DNA from: Myxococcales bacterium LLY-WYZ-16_1
GTDB lineage: Bacteria; Myxococcota; Kuafuiibacteriia; Kuafuiibacteriales; Kuafuiibacteriaceae
Reading direction: 5' to 3'
Length of the DNA stretch: 64,000 nucleotides
Assembly (NCBI GenBank): GCA_031800475.1
Contig: DAPKRQ010000152.1
Coordinates: 8,113 to 72,112, forward strand
The notes below the pieces were generated by a model, which did not search any database, was not told where the DNA came from, and was given only the letters and a program-made list of their open reading frames with translations. Position 1 is the stretch's first letter. Every line of letters begins with the position of its first letter. Made by a program: the position numbers and the translations under genes. Below, piece after piece: positions 1 through 9,688 of the stretch.

Positions 1-863
1 GCCCAGGCCTCCAGAGGCGGCGGCTCCGCCATCTGCCACCGGGCCAGCAGCTCCCCCACTGGCCGATCCCCCCATTCGGAGAAAAACCGGTCCGTGGCCT
101 CCCGCACCGCCCCCCACAGGGGCCCGCCCTCGGCGGCATCCTGGGCCAGGGCCTCCAGGAGCCGAAAGACGTGGGCGAGCACCGGGTCGGACATGGGCGT
201 CACCCACCGGGACCAGGGTTGCTGCCACATGTAGCGGGCAAAGGCGGCCCGGGCCTCCAGGGTGGCCGGGTCGTCCAGGTGCCGGACGGCGTACTCTCCG
301 GCCCGCTCGAGGGCCCGGCGGGACCCGGCTTCCACGAAGCGCCGCACCTCGGGATCGAGCCGCCGCTCAACCTCCTCGATCAAGCTCGACAGGCGGCCCC
401 CTCCCAGTTTGGAAAACCGCCCCAAAAAACCCGGCAGAAGGCTCTGCACCAGGTTTGGAATGGCCGACGAAAAGTCTTGCAGCGACCTGTACAGGGTGTC
501 TGCCACCAGCATCTCGGCCACCGAGGTCGAAAACCACTGGCGCACCCACTCCGGCGGGACCGGGGCGTCCCGAAAGATCTCGACGAAGGCCGTCTCGGCC
601 GCGCCGGGCAAGCTTTCCGTCGGGCGGTCGGTGCGGGTCCGAGCCTGCTCGACCTGCTCGCGCAGAACCCGGGAGGCAGCCTCGGCCCATCGGGGCCCGT
701 CTTCGGAGGAAGCCGCCTGCCACCTCTGCAGCTTCTCAGGATCCACCAGATCTCGGACCTTTCGCTGGAGCAGGGGGTCCCAGCTGGCCGCCACGACCTG
801 GGCCCACTCGCGACGGGCCGCTTCGCCTGTCAATCTTGCTTTCAACCAATCCTTCGGAGTCAT
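1..863 (-). CDS. Hypothetical protein, 5'-partial in the window (stop lies off the left edge); starts MTPKDWLKARLTGEAARREW
   Basis: Minus-strand frame with uniformly high GC3 and an ATG at 863..861. It is absent from the ORF track because it runs off the edge. The + ORF 171..875 is its same-register antisense shadow (G/P/R/L-rich). Confidence 0.55.
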   Translation of the reverse strand, partial: MTPKDWLKARLTGEAARREWAQVVAASWDPLLQRKVRDLVDPEKLQRWQAASSEDGPRWAEAASRVLREQVEQARTRTDRPTESLPGAAETAFVEIFRDAPVPPEWVRQWFSTSVAEMLVADTLYRSLQDFSSAIPNLVQSLLPGFLGRFSKLGGGRLSSLIEEVERRLDPEVRRFVEAGSRRALERAGEYAVRHLDDPATLEARAAFARYMWQQPWSRWVTPMSDPVLAHVFRLLEALAQDAAEGGPLWGAVREATDRFFSEWGDRPVGELLARWQMAEPPPLEAW

Positions 864-939
864 GAGGTATCCTGAACGGAGCGGGCCGGGACCGAACTCC
901 TTCCCTCCCACCGGTGTTTCCTGGTAAGGGCCGGGTCGC

Positions 940-3204
940 GTGCGATGGTCCCATATCGGGTGGGTCGCGCTGCTGTCGACGACTTCCATGACCGCCAGGG
1001 CCGAAACCGAGCTCACCCCCAGCGCATCCGAGGTTCTGCGGCGCGCCACCCAAACCGACAACTTTACCCTGGGCCGTCCCTTTCAGGTGCGGCCCCTCCC
1101 CGACGGCCGTACCGTGCTGTACCTGAAGAGCCCGCCCGACGGCCGAAAGGCCGACCTGATGGCTTTCGACCTCGAAACCAAGAAGGAGTCGGTGCTCTTG
1201 TCGGCCCAGGATCTGCTGGGCGGTGATGAGGAAGACCTGTCACCGGCCGAAAAGGCACGGCGCGAGCGTCAGCGGATCAAGACGGCGGGTTTCGTTTCGT
1301 TCGCCGTGTCCGAAAACGGACAACGGATTCTCACGAAGCTGTCTGGTCGGCTCTACCTGTACGACCGGGAACGAAAGGTGGCGGCGCCCCTGGATCTGCC
1401 GGAAGGCAACCTCATCGATCCCCGTCTGTCCCCCGACGGGCGTTGGGTCGGTTTCGTGCGGGATCACGATCTGTTCGCGGCGAAGATCTCGGGTCCGATC
1501 CGAGCGAATCGACCGGTCCGGGTGCAGGTGCAGCGACTGACCAAGGGCGGCAACGAGCGGGTCACGTACGGACTCGCCGAGTTCGTGGCCCAAGAAGAGA
1601 TGGGCCGCATGCACGGCTACTGGTGGTCCCGGGACTCCCGGCGCCTGGTGTACCAAGTGACCGACCACCGGCCCGTAGAGTCTTTCACCATCGCCGACGC
1701 CGCCCACCCGGAACGGGCGCCCCTGACGTTTCCGTATCCCCGTCCGGGGAAGAATAACGTGAAGGTGCGTCTGGAGGCGATCGATCGAGATGGAAAGAAC
1801 CGCCAGCGGATCGATTGGGACACGAAGGCGTACCCGTACCTGGCCCGGGTGCAGTGGGGGCCAAAGGGCCGACTCGCCATATTGGTGCAAAGTCGTGACC
1901 AGCATCGGCAAGCCTTCTTGCGCGTTCGAAAAGACGGACTGACCGTCCCCATGCACGAGGAGACGGACTCGACCTGGCTGAATCTGCGCAGCAGCACGCC
2001 GCGTTGGCTGCCTTCGGGCGACGGCTACCTTTACGCCACCGAAGACGGCGGAGGCTGGCAGCTCGAACTGCACCGACCCAAGAAGGGAAAGTCGGGTGGG
2101 CTCGCGGAGCGGCGGGTCGTGGTGCCGGCATCCGCAGGCTTCGAAGAGCTCTTGCACGTGGACGAAAGCGGGCAGGTCTTCTTCAGCGGAAGCGAAGACC
2201 CGACGCAACTGCACGTGTTCCGCACGCGCATTCAGCCGGGCACCAAAATTCGGCGCCTGACCGAGTCCAACGGCATGCACCATGCCGTATTCTCGGAGGA
2301 TGGCCGACTGATGGCGGTCACTGAGACTTCGCTTTCGAAGATGCCGAAGACTTCCGTCACGCGGCTGAACGACCGGGGCCGGCCCGGCCGGGCTGTCGAA
2401 ATTCCTTCCGACGCGGCAGCCCCGCCGTTCTTGCCCCGGGTCGAGCTGGTTCCTCCCGAAAGAGCCGGGGGCTTTCACGCCATGTTGGTGCGACCGAGAA
2501 ACTTCGAGCCGGAGCGGAAGTACCCGGTGATTCTGTACGTGTACGGGGGACCTCACGTGAACGTCGTGACCCGAGCCGCACACCGGTACTTTCTGCAGCA
2601 GTACATGGCAGACAACGGCTTCGTGGTGGTGAGTCTCGATGGGCGGGGGACACCACGCCGGGGTCGCGACTTCGAGCGGGCCGTCGACCAGCGTTTTCAC
2701 GACGTGCCTCTCACGGACCAGGTACGGGGGCTCGAGGCGCTGGCAGCGCGACACTCGGAGCTCGACCTGGACCGGGTCGGCGTCTACGGGTGGTCGTTCG
2801 GGGGCTACATGGCCGCCCTTGCGGTGTTGGAGCGCCCCGACCTGTTCAAGGTGGGCGTGGCGGGCGCGCCCGTGACCGACTGGCTATACTACGACACTCA
2901 CTACACCGAGCGGTACCTCGGCGTGCCCAGCGAAGACACGGAGCCCTACCGGGCTTCATCCCTGGTGGCCAAGGCCGACCAGCTGCAGCGGCCGCTGTTG
3001 CTGATCCACGGTATCGCAGACGACAACGTATATTTCGCCCACACCCTCCTGTTGGCCGATGCCTTGTTCGAGGCCGGAAAGGACTTCGACCTGTTGCCGC
3101 TGGTGGGCCTGACCCATCAAGTCGCCGACCCCGACGTCCGGCTGACGCTCTACGAGCGCATTCTGCGGCACATTCAGAATGGACTCGCTTCGAGCGAGGG
3201 CTGA
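940..3204 (+). CDS. S9 family serine peptidase (dipeptidyl-peptidase IV-like; N-terminal beta-propeller plus prolyl-oligopeptidase catalytic domain), secreted
   Basis: N-terminal signal-like segment (WVALLSTTSMTARA). GWSFGGYMAAL nucleophile elbow (GxSxG) lies in the C-terminal alpha/beta hydrolase domain. Length 754 aa is typical of the DPP-IV/S9B family. Confidence 0.85.
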   Translation: MRWSHIGWVALLSTTSMTARAETELTPSASEVLRRATQTDNFTLGRPFQVRPLPDGRTVLYLKSPPDGRKADLMAFDLETKKESVLLSAQDLLGGDEEDLSPAEKARRERQRIKTAGFVSFAVSENGQRILTKLSGRLYLYDRERKVAAPLDLPEGNLIDPRLSPDGRWVGFVRDHDLFAAKISGPIRANRPVRVQVQRLTKGGNERVTYGLAEFVAQEEMGRMHGYWWSRDSRRLVYQVTDHRPVESFTIADAAHPERAPLTFPYPRPGKNNVKVRLEAIDRDGKNRQRIDWDTKAYPYLARVQWGPKGRLAILVQSRDQHRQAFLRVRKDGLTVPMHEETDSTWLNLRSSTPRWLPSGDGYLYATEDGGGWQLELHRPKKGKSGGLAERRVVVPASAGFEELLHVDESGQVFFSGSEDPTQLHVFRTRIQPGTKIRRLTESNGMHHAVFSEDGRLMAVTETSLSKMPKTSVTRLNDRGRPGRAVEIPSDAAAPPFLPRVELVPPERAGGFHAMLVRPRNFEPERKYPVILYVYGGPHVNVVTRAAHRYFLQQYMADNGFVVVSLDGRGTPRRGRDFERAVDQRFHDVPLTDQVRGLEALAARHSELDLDRVGVYGWSFGGYMAALAVLERPDLFKVGVAGAPVTDWLYYDTHYTERYLGVPSEDTEPYRASSLVAKADQLQRPLLLIHGIADDNVYFAHTLLLADALFEAGKDFDLLPLVGLTHQVADPDVRLTLYERILRHIQNGLASSEG

Positions 3205-3207
3205 ATC

Positions 3208-4266
3208 GTGCCGGCGCCTCCGTCCGTCGATGAAGCTCGCTCGGTCCTTGCGGCATGGGATCTGGAAGGCGCTCGCGTCGAAGCGATCCTGACGGGACAC
3301 ATCAATGGGACCTTTCGGGTCGTCGACGACGGGGGCCATACCTCTGTGGTCCTGCAGTCGCTGGCTCCCATCTTCGCCCCCGAGGTGAACGAGGACATCG
3401 CGCAGGTCACGGCCCATCTGGCGAGCCGGGGCGTGGAAACCCCGCGAATCGTCCCGTGCGCCACCGGCCGGTGCGGACACGAAGCCCACGGCCGGGTCTG
3501 GCGGGTGTTGACCTGGGTCGAGGGCCGCACCCACACCACGGTGTCGAGCCCGGACATGGCCTTCGAAGCGGGCCGGGCCTTGGGCCGCTTTCATCGAGGC
3601 CTCGCCGACTACCGGGCGCCCTTTCGGGCTCGGCGCTTGGGCGTGCACGACACCCCTGCCCACCTCGCCGGCTTGCGAAACGCTCTCGCGCAGCACCCGA
3701 ACCACGCCTTGTTCCCGGCCGTCGAGCCCTCGGCCCGGGCGATCTTGGAGCTCGCCGGCGACCTGCCGCCCCTTCCCCAGACCCCCGACCGGGTGGTCCA
3801 CGGGGATCCGAAGATTTCGAACCTGATCTTTCACCCGGAGCCCCCCTTGCGGGCCCGGGCCTGGGTCGACCTGGACACGGTGGGCCGCATGCGGCTGCCC
3901 CTCGAGCTCGGCGACGCATTTCGCTCCTGGTGCAACCAGGCCGACGAAGATCAGCTCGCGGACTTCGAGCTGAGCCTCTTCGAAGGTGCGGTCCGGGGCT
4001 ACGCAGAAGCCGCCCCCGCCGACCTGCGGCCCGAAGAACGGGACGCCATCGTGGACGCCACGGCCTGGATCTCGCTCGAGCTGGCCGCCCGCTTTTGCCG
4101 AGACGCCTTGGAGGAAACCTACTTCGGCTGGGACGACACCCGATTCGACCGACCGGGCTCTCACCACCTGTCCCGAACGCGGGGGCAGCTGGCTCTGCAT
4201 CGGGCGATCCGAGCCCAGGCCGGCGGCGCCCGCCGCACCGTTGCCGAGGCTTTTCGAGGGCGTTAA
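3208..4266 (+). CDS. Phosphotransferase enzyme family protein (APH/choline-kinase-like protein kinase fold)
   Basis: HGDPKISNLIF matches the Brenner HxDxxxxN catalytic motif of APH-type kinases. GTG start is 3 nt after the peptidase stop. Confidence 0.65.
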   Translation: MPAPPSVDEARSVLAAWDLEGARVEAILTGHINGTFRVVDDGGHTSVVLQSLAPIFAPEVNEDIAQVTAHLASRGVETPRIVPCATGRCGHEAHGRVWRVLTWVEGRTHTTVSSPDMAFEAGRALGRFHRGLADYRAPFRARRLGVHDTPAHLAGLRNALAQHPNHALFPAVEPSARAILELAGDLPPLPQTPDRVVHGDPKISNLIFHPEPPLRARAWVDLDTVGRMRLPLELGDAFRSWCNQADEDQLADFELSLFEGAVRGYAEAAPADLRPEERDAIVDATAWISLELAARFCRDALEETYFGWDDTRFDRPGSHHLSRTRGQLALHRAIRAQAGGARRTVAEAFRGR

Positions 4267-4275
4267 GGCGTAGGC

Positions 4276-4617
4276 GTGGAGAAGACCATCTTCGCCAAAA
4301 TCATCGATCGGGAGATCCCGGCCGACATCGTCTTCGAAGACGACCGCGTCCTGGTGTTCAAGGACATCAACCCGGCGGCCCCGACCCACGTGCTGGTCAT
4401 TCCGAAAAAGCCGATCGCGAAGGTCGAAGACATGACCGAAGCGGACGAGCCCTTGCTCGGGCACATGGTGTACGTGGCCACCCAGGTGGCCAAGGACCTG
4501 GGTCTGGAGGGTGGCTACCGGTTGGTGATGAACAACGGAAACGAAGGTGGGCAGACCGTGTTCCACATTCACCTTCACGTCTTGGGCGGTCGTCCCATGC
4601 ACTGGCCGCCCGGCTGA
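4276..4617 (+). CDS. hinT: HIT family (histidine triad) nucleotide hydrolase
   Basis: Histidine-triad motif HIHLHVLGG near the C-terminus; 113 aa. Confidence 0.9.
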   Translation: MEKTIFAKIIDREIPADIVFEDDRVLVFKDINPAAPTHVLVIPKKPIAKVEDMTEADEPLLGHMVYVATQVAKDLGLEGGYRLVMNNGNEGGQTVFHIHLHVLGGRPMHWPPG

Positions 4618-4626
4618 GCGGGCTTC

Positions 4627-5682
4627 ATGCGAACTTTGCTGTTGCTGATCTTCGTCGTCGTGGCTGTGGTGGCCGGCCTGCTGTGGATGGCCCAAGGGGT
4701 GCAGGGCCCGCGGGCATTCGATGGATCGGTCTATTCGGTGGACGGCGCGCCCGAGCCTTCGGCCCAAACGACTTCGTCGACCCTGAGCGTGGTCGTTTGG
4801 AACGTGGCGTGGGGCTATGGGCGCGGCAGTGAAGGTCGGGCCGAATCGAAGCCGGCCGAGCACTTCGAAAGGACCCTGGACGAGATGGCCCGGGTCCTTC
4901 GGAAAGCGGACGCCGACCTGGTCTTCTTGCAGGAAGTCGACTTCGACTGCACGCGGAGTCACGGAACCCACCAGGCTCGGGTGCTGGCCCGCGAAGGGGG
5001 GTATCCGTTCGTGGCGGAGGCGACCAGTTGGGTGGCGAACTGGGTCCCCTTCCCGTACTGGCCGCCGAGCGCCCAGTTCGGTCGCATGCGCTCCGGCGGG
5101 GCGGTCTTGAGCCGGTACCCCATCGAGCACAACGAGGTCACGTGGCTGCCCAAGCCCGACGAGAACCCGTTTTGGTACAACCTGTTCTACCCGTTTCGGT
5201 ACCACCAAGAGGTCGGTATCCGCTGGCACGGCGCGCCGGTCACCCTCTTCAACGCCCACCTGGAGGCCTTTTCGGTGTCGAATCGGCAGGACCAGGCCAG
5301 CCGCCTGGTGGACGCGATCCTCCAGGCCCCGCGCCCCCTGCTGGTGGGCGGCGATCTGAACGCGCTCCCGCCCGAGGCCGACCCGCGCTCCGGTTTCGAA
5401 GACGAGCCCGAGGTCAGCTACGAAAACGACCGGACGGTGGCTTTGTTGCGCAGCGTCGAAGACCTGCGGGACGCCTTTCCACCGGAGCGGTACGACGCCG
5501 ACCCGGAGGGGGTCGCGACGTTCCCGGCCCATGCGCCGAACCGAAAGCTCGACCACCTGCTGTTCAGCCCCGAATTCGAAACCGTGGAAGCCCGGGTCTT
5601 GCGGTCCGAGGCCGGCGAGCTGAGCGACCATCTGCCCCTGTTGGTGCGTCTTCGCCCGGCCCGACCCCGTCCGGTGGACTGA
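4627..5682 (+). CDS. Endonuclease/exonuclease/phosphatase (EEP) family protein, N-terminal membrane anchor
   Basis: N-terminal TM helix (LLLLIFVVVAVVAGLLW). LVFLQEVDF motif and C-terminal SDHLPLLVRL (SDHxP) are typical of the EEP fold. Confidence 0.8.
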   Translation: MRTLLLLIFVVVAVVAGLLWMAQGVQGPRAFDGSVYSVDGAPEPSAQTTSSTLSVVVWNVAWGYGRGSEGRAESKPAEHFERTLDEMARVLRKADADLVFLQEVDFDCTRSHGTHQARVLAREGGYPFVAEATSWVANWVPFPYWPPSAQFGRMRSGGAVLSRYPIEHNEVTWLPKPDENPFWYNLFYPFRYHQEVGIRWHGAPVTLFNAHLEAFSVSNRQDQASRLVDAILQAPRPLLVGGDLNALPPEADPRSGFEDEPEVSYENDRTVALLRSVEDLRDAFPPERYDADPEGVATFPAHAPNRKLDHLLFSPEFETVEARVLRSEAGELSDHLPLLVRLRPARPRPVD

Positions 5683-5781
5683 CCCCCCCTGCCTGCCGGC
5701 ATCGAAGTCTGCCCTCGGGCAGACGGACTGCCCTCGGCTTCGGGGGAGACGAGGCCCGCCGGACCGGCTAGCCTGCGGGGC

Positions 5782-6960
5782 ATGCGAAGCGTCTACGTCG
5801 TCGGGGCGAAACGAACTGCGTTCGGCACGTTCGGAGGCTCCCTCAAGGATCGGTCCGCCACCGAGCTGGCCATCGACGCCTCCCGGGCGGCCCTGACCGC
5901 TGCGGGCGTCGAGCCCGCCCGGGTGGATCACGTGGTGTTCGGCAACGTGCAGCAAACATCCCGGGACGCCTCGTATCTGGCCCGGCACGTGGGGTTGAAG
6001 GTGCAAGCGCCGGAGGCCACGCCGGCCCTCACCCTGAATCGGCTGTGCGGCTCGGGCTTTCAGGCGGCAGTGACCGGCGCCCAGCTCATCCAGCTCGGCG
6101 AAGCCGAGGTGGTCTTGGCCGGCGGCACCGAAAACATGTCGCAGGCGCCCCACGCCATGTACGGCGGCCGGTGGGGCATGAAGCTCGGCACCGACGTCCC
6201 GCTGATCGACACCCTGTGGGCCGGCCTGACGGATCTTCACTGCAACCTTCCGATGGGGATCACCGCCGAAAACCTGGCCGACCGATACGAGATCGATCGC
6301 GAAGCCTGCGACGCCTACGCACTGCGCTCTCAGACCGCGTGGTCCGAAGCCGATCGAAACGACTCGTTTTCGAGCGAAATTTGCCGGGTCGAGATCGATT
6401 CCCGCAAAGGTCCGATCATCTTCGATCGAGACGAGCATCCGCGAGAGACTTCGAGCGAATCTTTGGCCAAGCTGAAGCCCGTCTTTCGAAAGGACGGGAG
6501 GGTTACCGCCGGCAACGCATCGGGGATCTGCGATGGGGCCGCAGCCCTGATCTTGGCTTCCGAGGAGGCGGTCCGAGCCCACGGTCTCACGCCCCTGGCC
6601 CGTATCGTCGCTTGGGGCGTGGTGGGCGTGGACCCCTCGGTCATGGGCATCGGTCCCGCACCCGCCATTCGAAAGACGCTGAAGGGTTCCGGCCACGACC
6701 TGAGCGACATGGATCGGGTCGAGGTCAACGAGGCCTTCGCGGCCCAGTACCTGGCGGTGGAGCGGGAGCTCGAGCTGGATCGGGACAAGACGAACGTGCA
6801 CGGGGGCGCCATCGCCCTGGGCCACCCTCTGGGCGCGTCGGGGGCGCGTATTCTGACCCACTTGGTCCACGACCTTCGGCGAATCGGCGGGCAACGGGCC
6901 CTGGGGTCGGCCTGCATCGGTGGGGGGCAAGGGATCGCGGTCGAAATCGAGGCGGCCTGA
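5782..6960 (+). CDS. Acetyl-CoA C-acetyltransferase (thiolase II)
   Basis: RTAFGTFGG N-terminus, NRLCGSGFQA active-site Cys region, and C-terminal GGGQGIAVEIE thiolase signature; 392 aa. Confidence 0.95.
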   Translation: MRSVYVVGAKRTAFGTFGGSLKDRSATELAIDASRAALTAAGVEPARVDHVVFGNVQQTSRDASYLARHVGLKVQAPEATPALTLNRLCGSGFQAAVTGAQLIQLGEAEVVLAGGTENMSQAPHAMYGGRWGMKLGTDVPLIDTLWAGLTDLHCNLPMGITAENLADRYEIDREACDAYALRSQTAWSEADRNDSFSSEICRVEIDSRKGPIIFDRDEHPRETSSESLAKLKPVFRKDGRVTAGNASGICDGAAALILASEEAVRAHGLTPLARIVAWGVVGVDPSVMGIGPAPAIRKTLKGSGHDLSDMDRVEVNEAFAAQYLAVERELELDRDKTNVHGGAIALGHPLGASGARILTHLVHDLRRIGGQRALGSACIGGGQGIAVEIEAA

Positions 6961-7137
6961 GCTACCAAACCGAAGGAAAGCTCTGAGGAAGCTCGCGCGC
7001 CTGCCCGGGCCTGCATCGATGGTTTCCGGAAGATGGCGCAACAAACCGAGGCGACCCGCCGCCCCCCTCGGGCCCCGTCTCGGCCTCGATCGCCCCGCAG
7101 CTCCTCAGGGCGGACCTCGGCCCCGGCGGGCCGCCAG

Positions 7138-8331
7138 TCAACGGCGGCGGGGCTTGGGTTTCGCCGGATGCTTTTCCTTGAACACGAAGTACTGATTGAT
7201 CGTGAAGTTGACGAGGGTGCCCGCGGCGATGCCGGCCAGGGCCGCCCATTGGGGCGCCAGCCAGGGGTACGCGCTCACCAGGCCCACCGCCACGCCGAAC
7301 TGAAGCAACGCCGCCACGGCGGACGCGCCACAAAATCCCATGAACTGCCGCAAAATGTTGGGGTCGCGCCGGTGCTCGAACGTGAACTGCCGATTCAAGA
7401 GAAAGTTGCTGACGACGCTCAGGACGATGCCGGCGGCGAGGGACACGCTCGCCGAAGCACCGAGCCACAAAAATGCGGTCACGGTGGCCAGGTTCACCAC
7501 GACCCCCGAGGCACCGACTGCCGCAAATTGCACGAAGCTGCTCCAGGTGGCGTAGCGGTACATGTACAGGCGTCTCAGGTGCAGCAGGTAGTTGAGCTGT
7601 TCCCGGAAGGTGAGCTTGCTTTCGCCGTGCACCCGATCGGTGAAATGGATGGGCACCTCGCCGACGTTTCGAATGCCGCACTTCACGATCAGCTCCAGCG
7701 CCACCTTGTAGCCCACCGGATTCAGGTCGGGAGCTTTCAGAAAATCGCTTCGACGGATCACGAAGAAGCCCGACATCGGGTCTTTGGCATCGGTGAAGGG
7801 ACGGGCCAAGATGGTTGCAACACGGCTGTTGAGCCACCGAAAAAAACCCCACTCATCATCGGTGCTGCCACCAGGCACGTAGCGGGAACCGAGCACGAAC
7901 TGCTGCCCGGCTTCGAGAGCCAGGATCATGGCCGGTATCTTCTCGGGCGGGTGGGACAGGTCTGCGTCCATCACCACGAGCACCGGATGTCGGGCAGCAC
8001 GAAGCCCGTCGATCACGGCCGGACTGAGCCCACGGTTCTCTTTTCGAACGATGATCCGAACCCATTTTGGTGCGCGGTCTCGGACCCATTCCTCCGAACC
8101 GTCCCGGCTGTCGTCGTCCAGGATCAAGACCTCGAGTTCCAGGTCGTAGCGGTCCTTGAGTGCGCCCAGGCGTTCGATCAGATGGGGGAGATTCTCCCGC
8201 TCCCGGTAGGTGGGCACGATCACCGACACGGGGCTGATCACCCGCACGTCGGCCAGTCGCTCCGGCGCTGAAGGCTCCGATTCCCCGCCCGCTGGGCCGG
8301 TCGGGTCGGGGGCCTCCACGGGATCCGCCAT
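7138..8331 (-). CDS. Polyprenol-phosphate glycosyltransferase (GT2, dolichol-phosphate mannosyltransferase-like) fused to a C-terminal GtrA-like membrane domain
   Basis: VSVIVPTYRE, ILDDDSRDGS and VMDADLSHPPE are GT2 DPM-synthase motifs. The C-terminal multi-TM segment is GtrA-like. Start is placed at the internal MADPVEAP (ATG 8331); the 111-aa upstream extension in the ORF track is low-complexity and probably not coding. Confidence 0.8.
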   Translation of the reverse strand: MADPVEAPDPTGPAGGESEPSAPERLADVRVISPVSVIVPTYRERENLPHLIERLGALKDRYDLELEVLILDDDSRDGSEEWVRDRAPKWVRIIVRKENRGLSPAVIDGLRAARHPVLVVMDADLSHPPEKIPAMILALEAGQQFVLGSRYVPGGSTDDEWGFFRWLNSRVATILARPFTDAKDPMSGFFVIRRSDFLKAPDLNPVGYKVALELIVKCGIRNVGEVPIHFTDRVHGESKLTFREQLNYLLHLRRLYMYRYATWSSFVQFAAVGASGVVVNLATVTAFLWLGASASVSLAAGIVLSVVSNFLLNRQFTFEHRRDPNILRQFMGFCGASAVAALLQFGVAVGLVSAYPWLAPQWAALAGIAAGTLVNFTINQYFVFKEKHPAKPKPRRR

Positions 8332-8464
8332 GTGAGCCGAGGCCGCTATCCAAGGGAACCGAGGTCGGTCAAGCGCTCGCCCCTGAGAATGCGAACCGTT
8401 TTCGATTGGGAAGGGACCGGAACGACCGCTCGACTCGCGGATGGGGGGGTGGCACGCGACGATC

Positions 8465-9688
8465 ATGGTCGGGAACTCCTGCGGGATCTTGTGGGTCTCG
8501 CTGTGGGCGGCAGCCCCGGCCCCGCCCGCCGTGTCCTTCGAAGCCGCCGTGCGGGCGGCGGCTTCCCACCCCGAGGTGGCCGCATCCGAGGCCCGGGCCG
8601 AGACCCGCCGGACGCGGCGTTCGCGGCTGTCTGGCCTGGCGCAGCCTGCCGAGCTGTGGGGCACAGGCGGCTATCGGCTCGGGGCCCCGCGCAGCAACGA
8701 CGGCTTCGATGGAAGCTTCGGCATCGAGCAGGTGCTGCATCTCGGCAACCGGGCGGGCCGCCAGCGAGACGCGGTCGACGGCCGCACTCGGGCCGACGCG
8801 GCCGAAGCCCGTTTTCGGCGCCGGAACGCGGAGCTGCGGGCCGCCGATGCCTGGCTGGCGGCATGGGTCGCCCACCGCCGCTGGGAGCGACTGAGCGAAG
8901 TCCTGAAGGACGCGCGCCGCATCCGCCAGCAGGTGGTCCGGCGGCTCGAACTCGGCGACGCCACCGATCTCGACCAGGCTCAGGCTGAACGCTTCGTGGC
9001 AGCAGCTCGGCTGGAGGTTTTGGCCGCCGAAGGAGACGCATTCGATGCGGGCGTGCGCTTGGCGGCCGCCATGGCCCGTGCTCCCGGGCCCATCGTTCCC
9101 ACCGAAGATCTGCCGTCGTTTGGAACACTCCCTTCGGTGTCTCGGTCTGCCCAGCTCGACCCCGAGGTGCAGGCCACCGAGCGCGCGGCGGTCGCGGCGA
9201 CCCTCGAAACCCGAGCTGCCCGGGCCGCTTCGAGCACGCAGCTACGAATCGGGGCGTCCCTGGGCACGGAGCCCCCCGGAGACCTGATTCCCGCCGCGAC
9301 CGTGGGCATCACGCTGCCGACGGGACGCAGCAACGCCCCGGCCGAGGTGACGGCTGCAGCAAGAGCCGCAGCCTCCCGCACCCACGCCACCGCGGCGATG
9401 CGGGCGGCGCAGCGGCTCGAAGCCCTGGTGAACCACGAGGTTGAGCACCGCCGAGCCGTCTTGGACGTGTACGATCGAGAGCTGCTCCCGGCCGTCCGGC
9501 GGGAGCTGTCCGCCGTGGAGCGGAGCTGGCAACTGGGTGAAGTGTCGCTTCGACCCGTCCTGCAAGCCCGGGTGGACTTGCTCGAAGCCGAGATCGACGG
9601 CGAGCGGGCCCGAGCCGGCCTGGTCGGGGCCTGTTTCGCAGCGGAGACCGTCGAAGACTCCAGAGTCGAAAAAGGAGGCGTCCCGTGA
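8465..9688 (+). CDS. Outer membrane efflux protein (TolC/CzcC family) of the RND heavy-metal efflux system
   Basis: Signal peptide (MVGNSCGILWVSLWAAAPAPPA). Ala/Arg-rich coiled-coil repeats are typical of OEP family proteins. It immediately precedes the RND adaptor and pump genes. Alternative start 8441. Confidence 0.7.
   Translation: MVGNSCGILWVSLWAAAPAPPAVSFEAAVRAAASHPEVAASEARAETRRTRRSRLSGLAQPAELWGTGGYRLGAPRSNDGFDGSFGIEQVLHLGNRAGRQRDAVDGRTRADAAEARFRRRNAELRAADAWLAAWVAHRRWERLSEVLKDARRIRQQVVRRLELGDATDLDQAQAERFVAAARLEVLAAEGDAFDAGVRLAAAMARAPGPIVPTEDLPSFGTLPSVSRSAQLDPEVQATERAAVAATLETRAARAASSTQLRIGASLGTEPPGDLIPAATVGITLPTGRSNAPAEVTAAARAAASRTHATAAMRAAQRLEALVNHEVEHRRAVLDVYDRELLPAVRRELSAVERSWQLGEVSLRPVLQARVDLLEAEIDGERARAGLVGACFAAETVEDSRVEKGGVP

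Noticed and set aside
5717-5734. Palindrome GTCTGCCCTCGGGCAGAC after the EEP gene as a terminator
   Set aside because: It is a plausible U-less hairpin, but short and with a 2-4 nt loop, so it was not listed as a feature.
2956-7044. Very long minus-strand ORF (1362 aa) spanning the kinase, hinT, EEP and thiolase genes
   Set aside because: R/G/P/A/H-rich low-complexity translation. It overlaps four well-supported plus-strand genes in same-register antisense. It is a typical high-GC shadow ORF.
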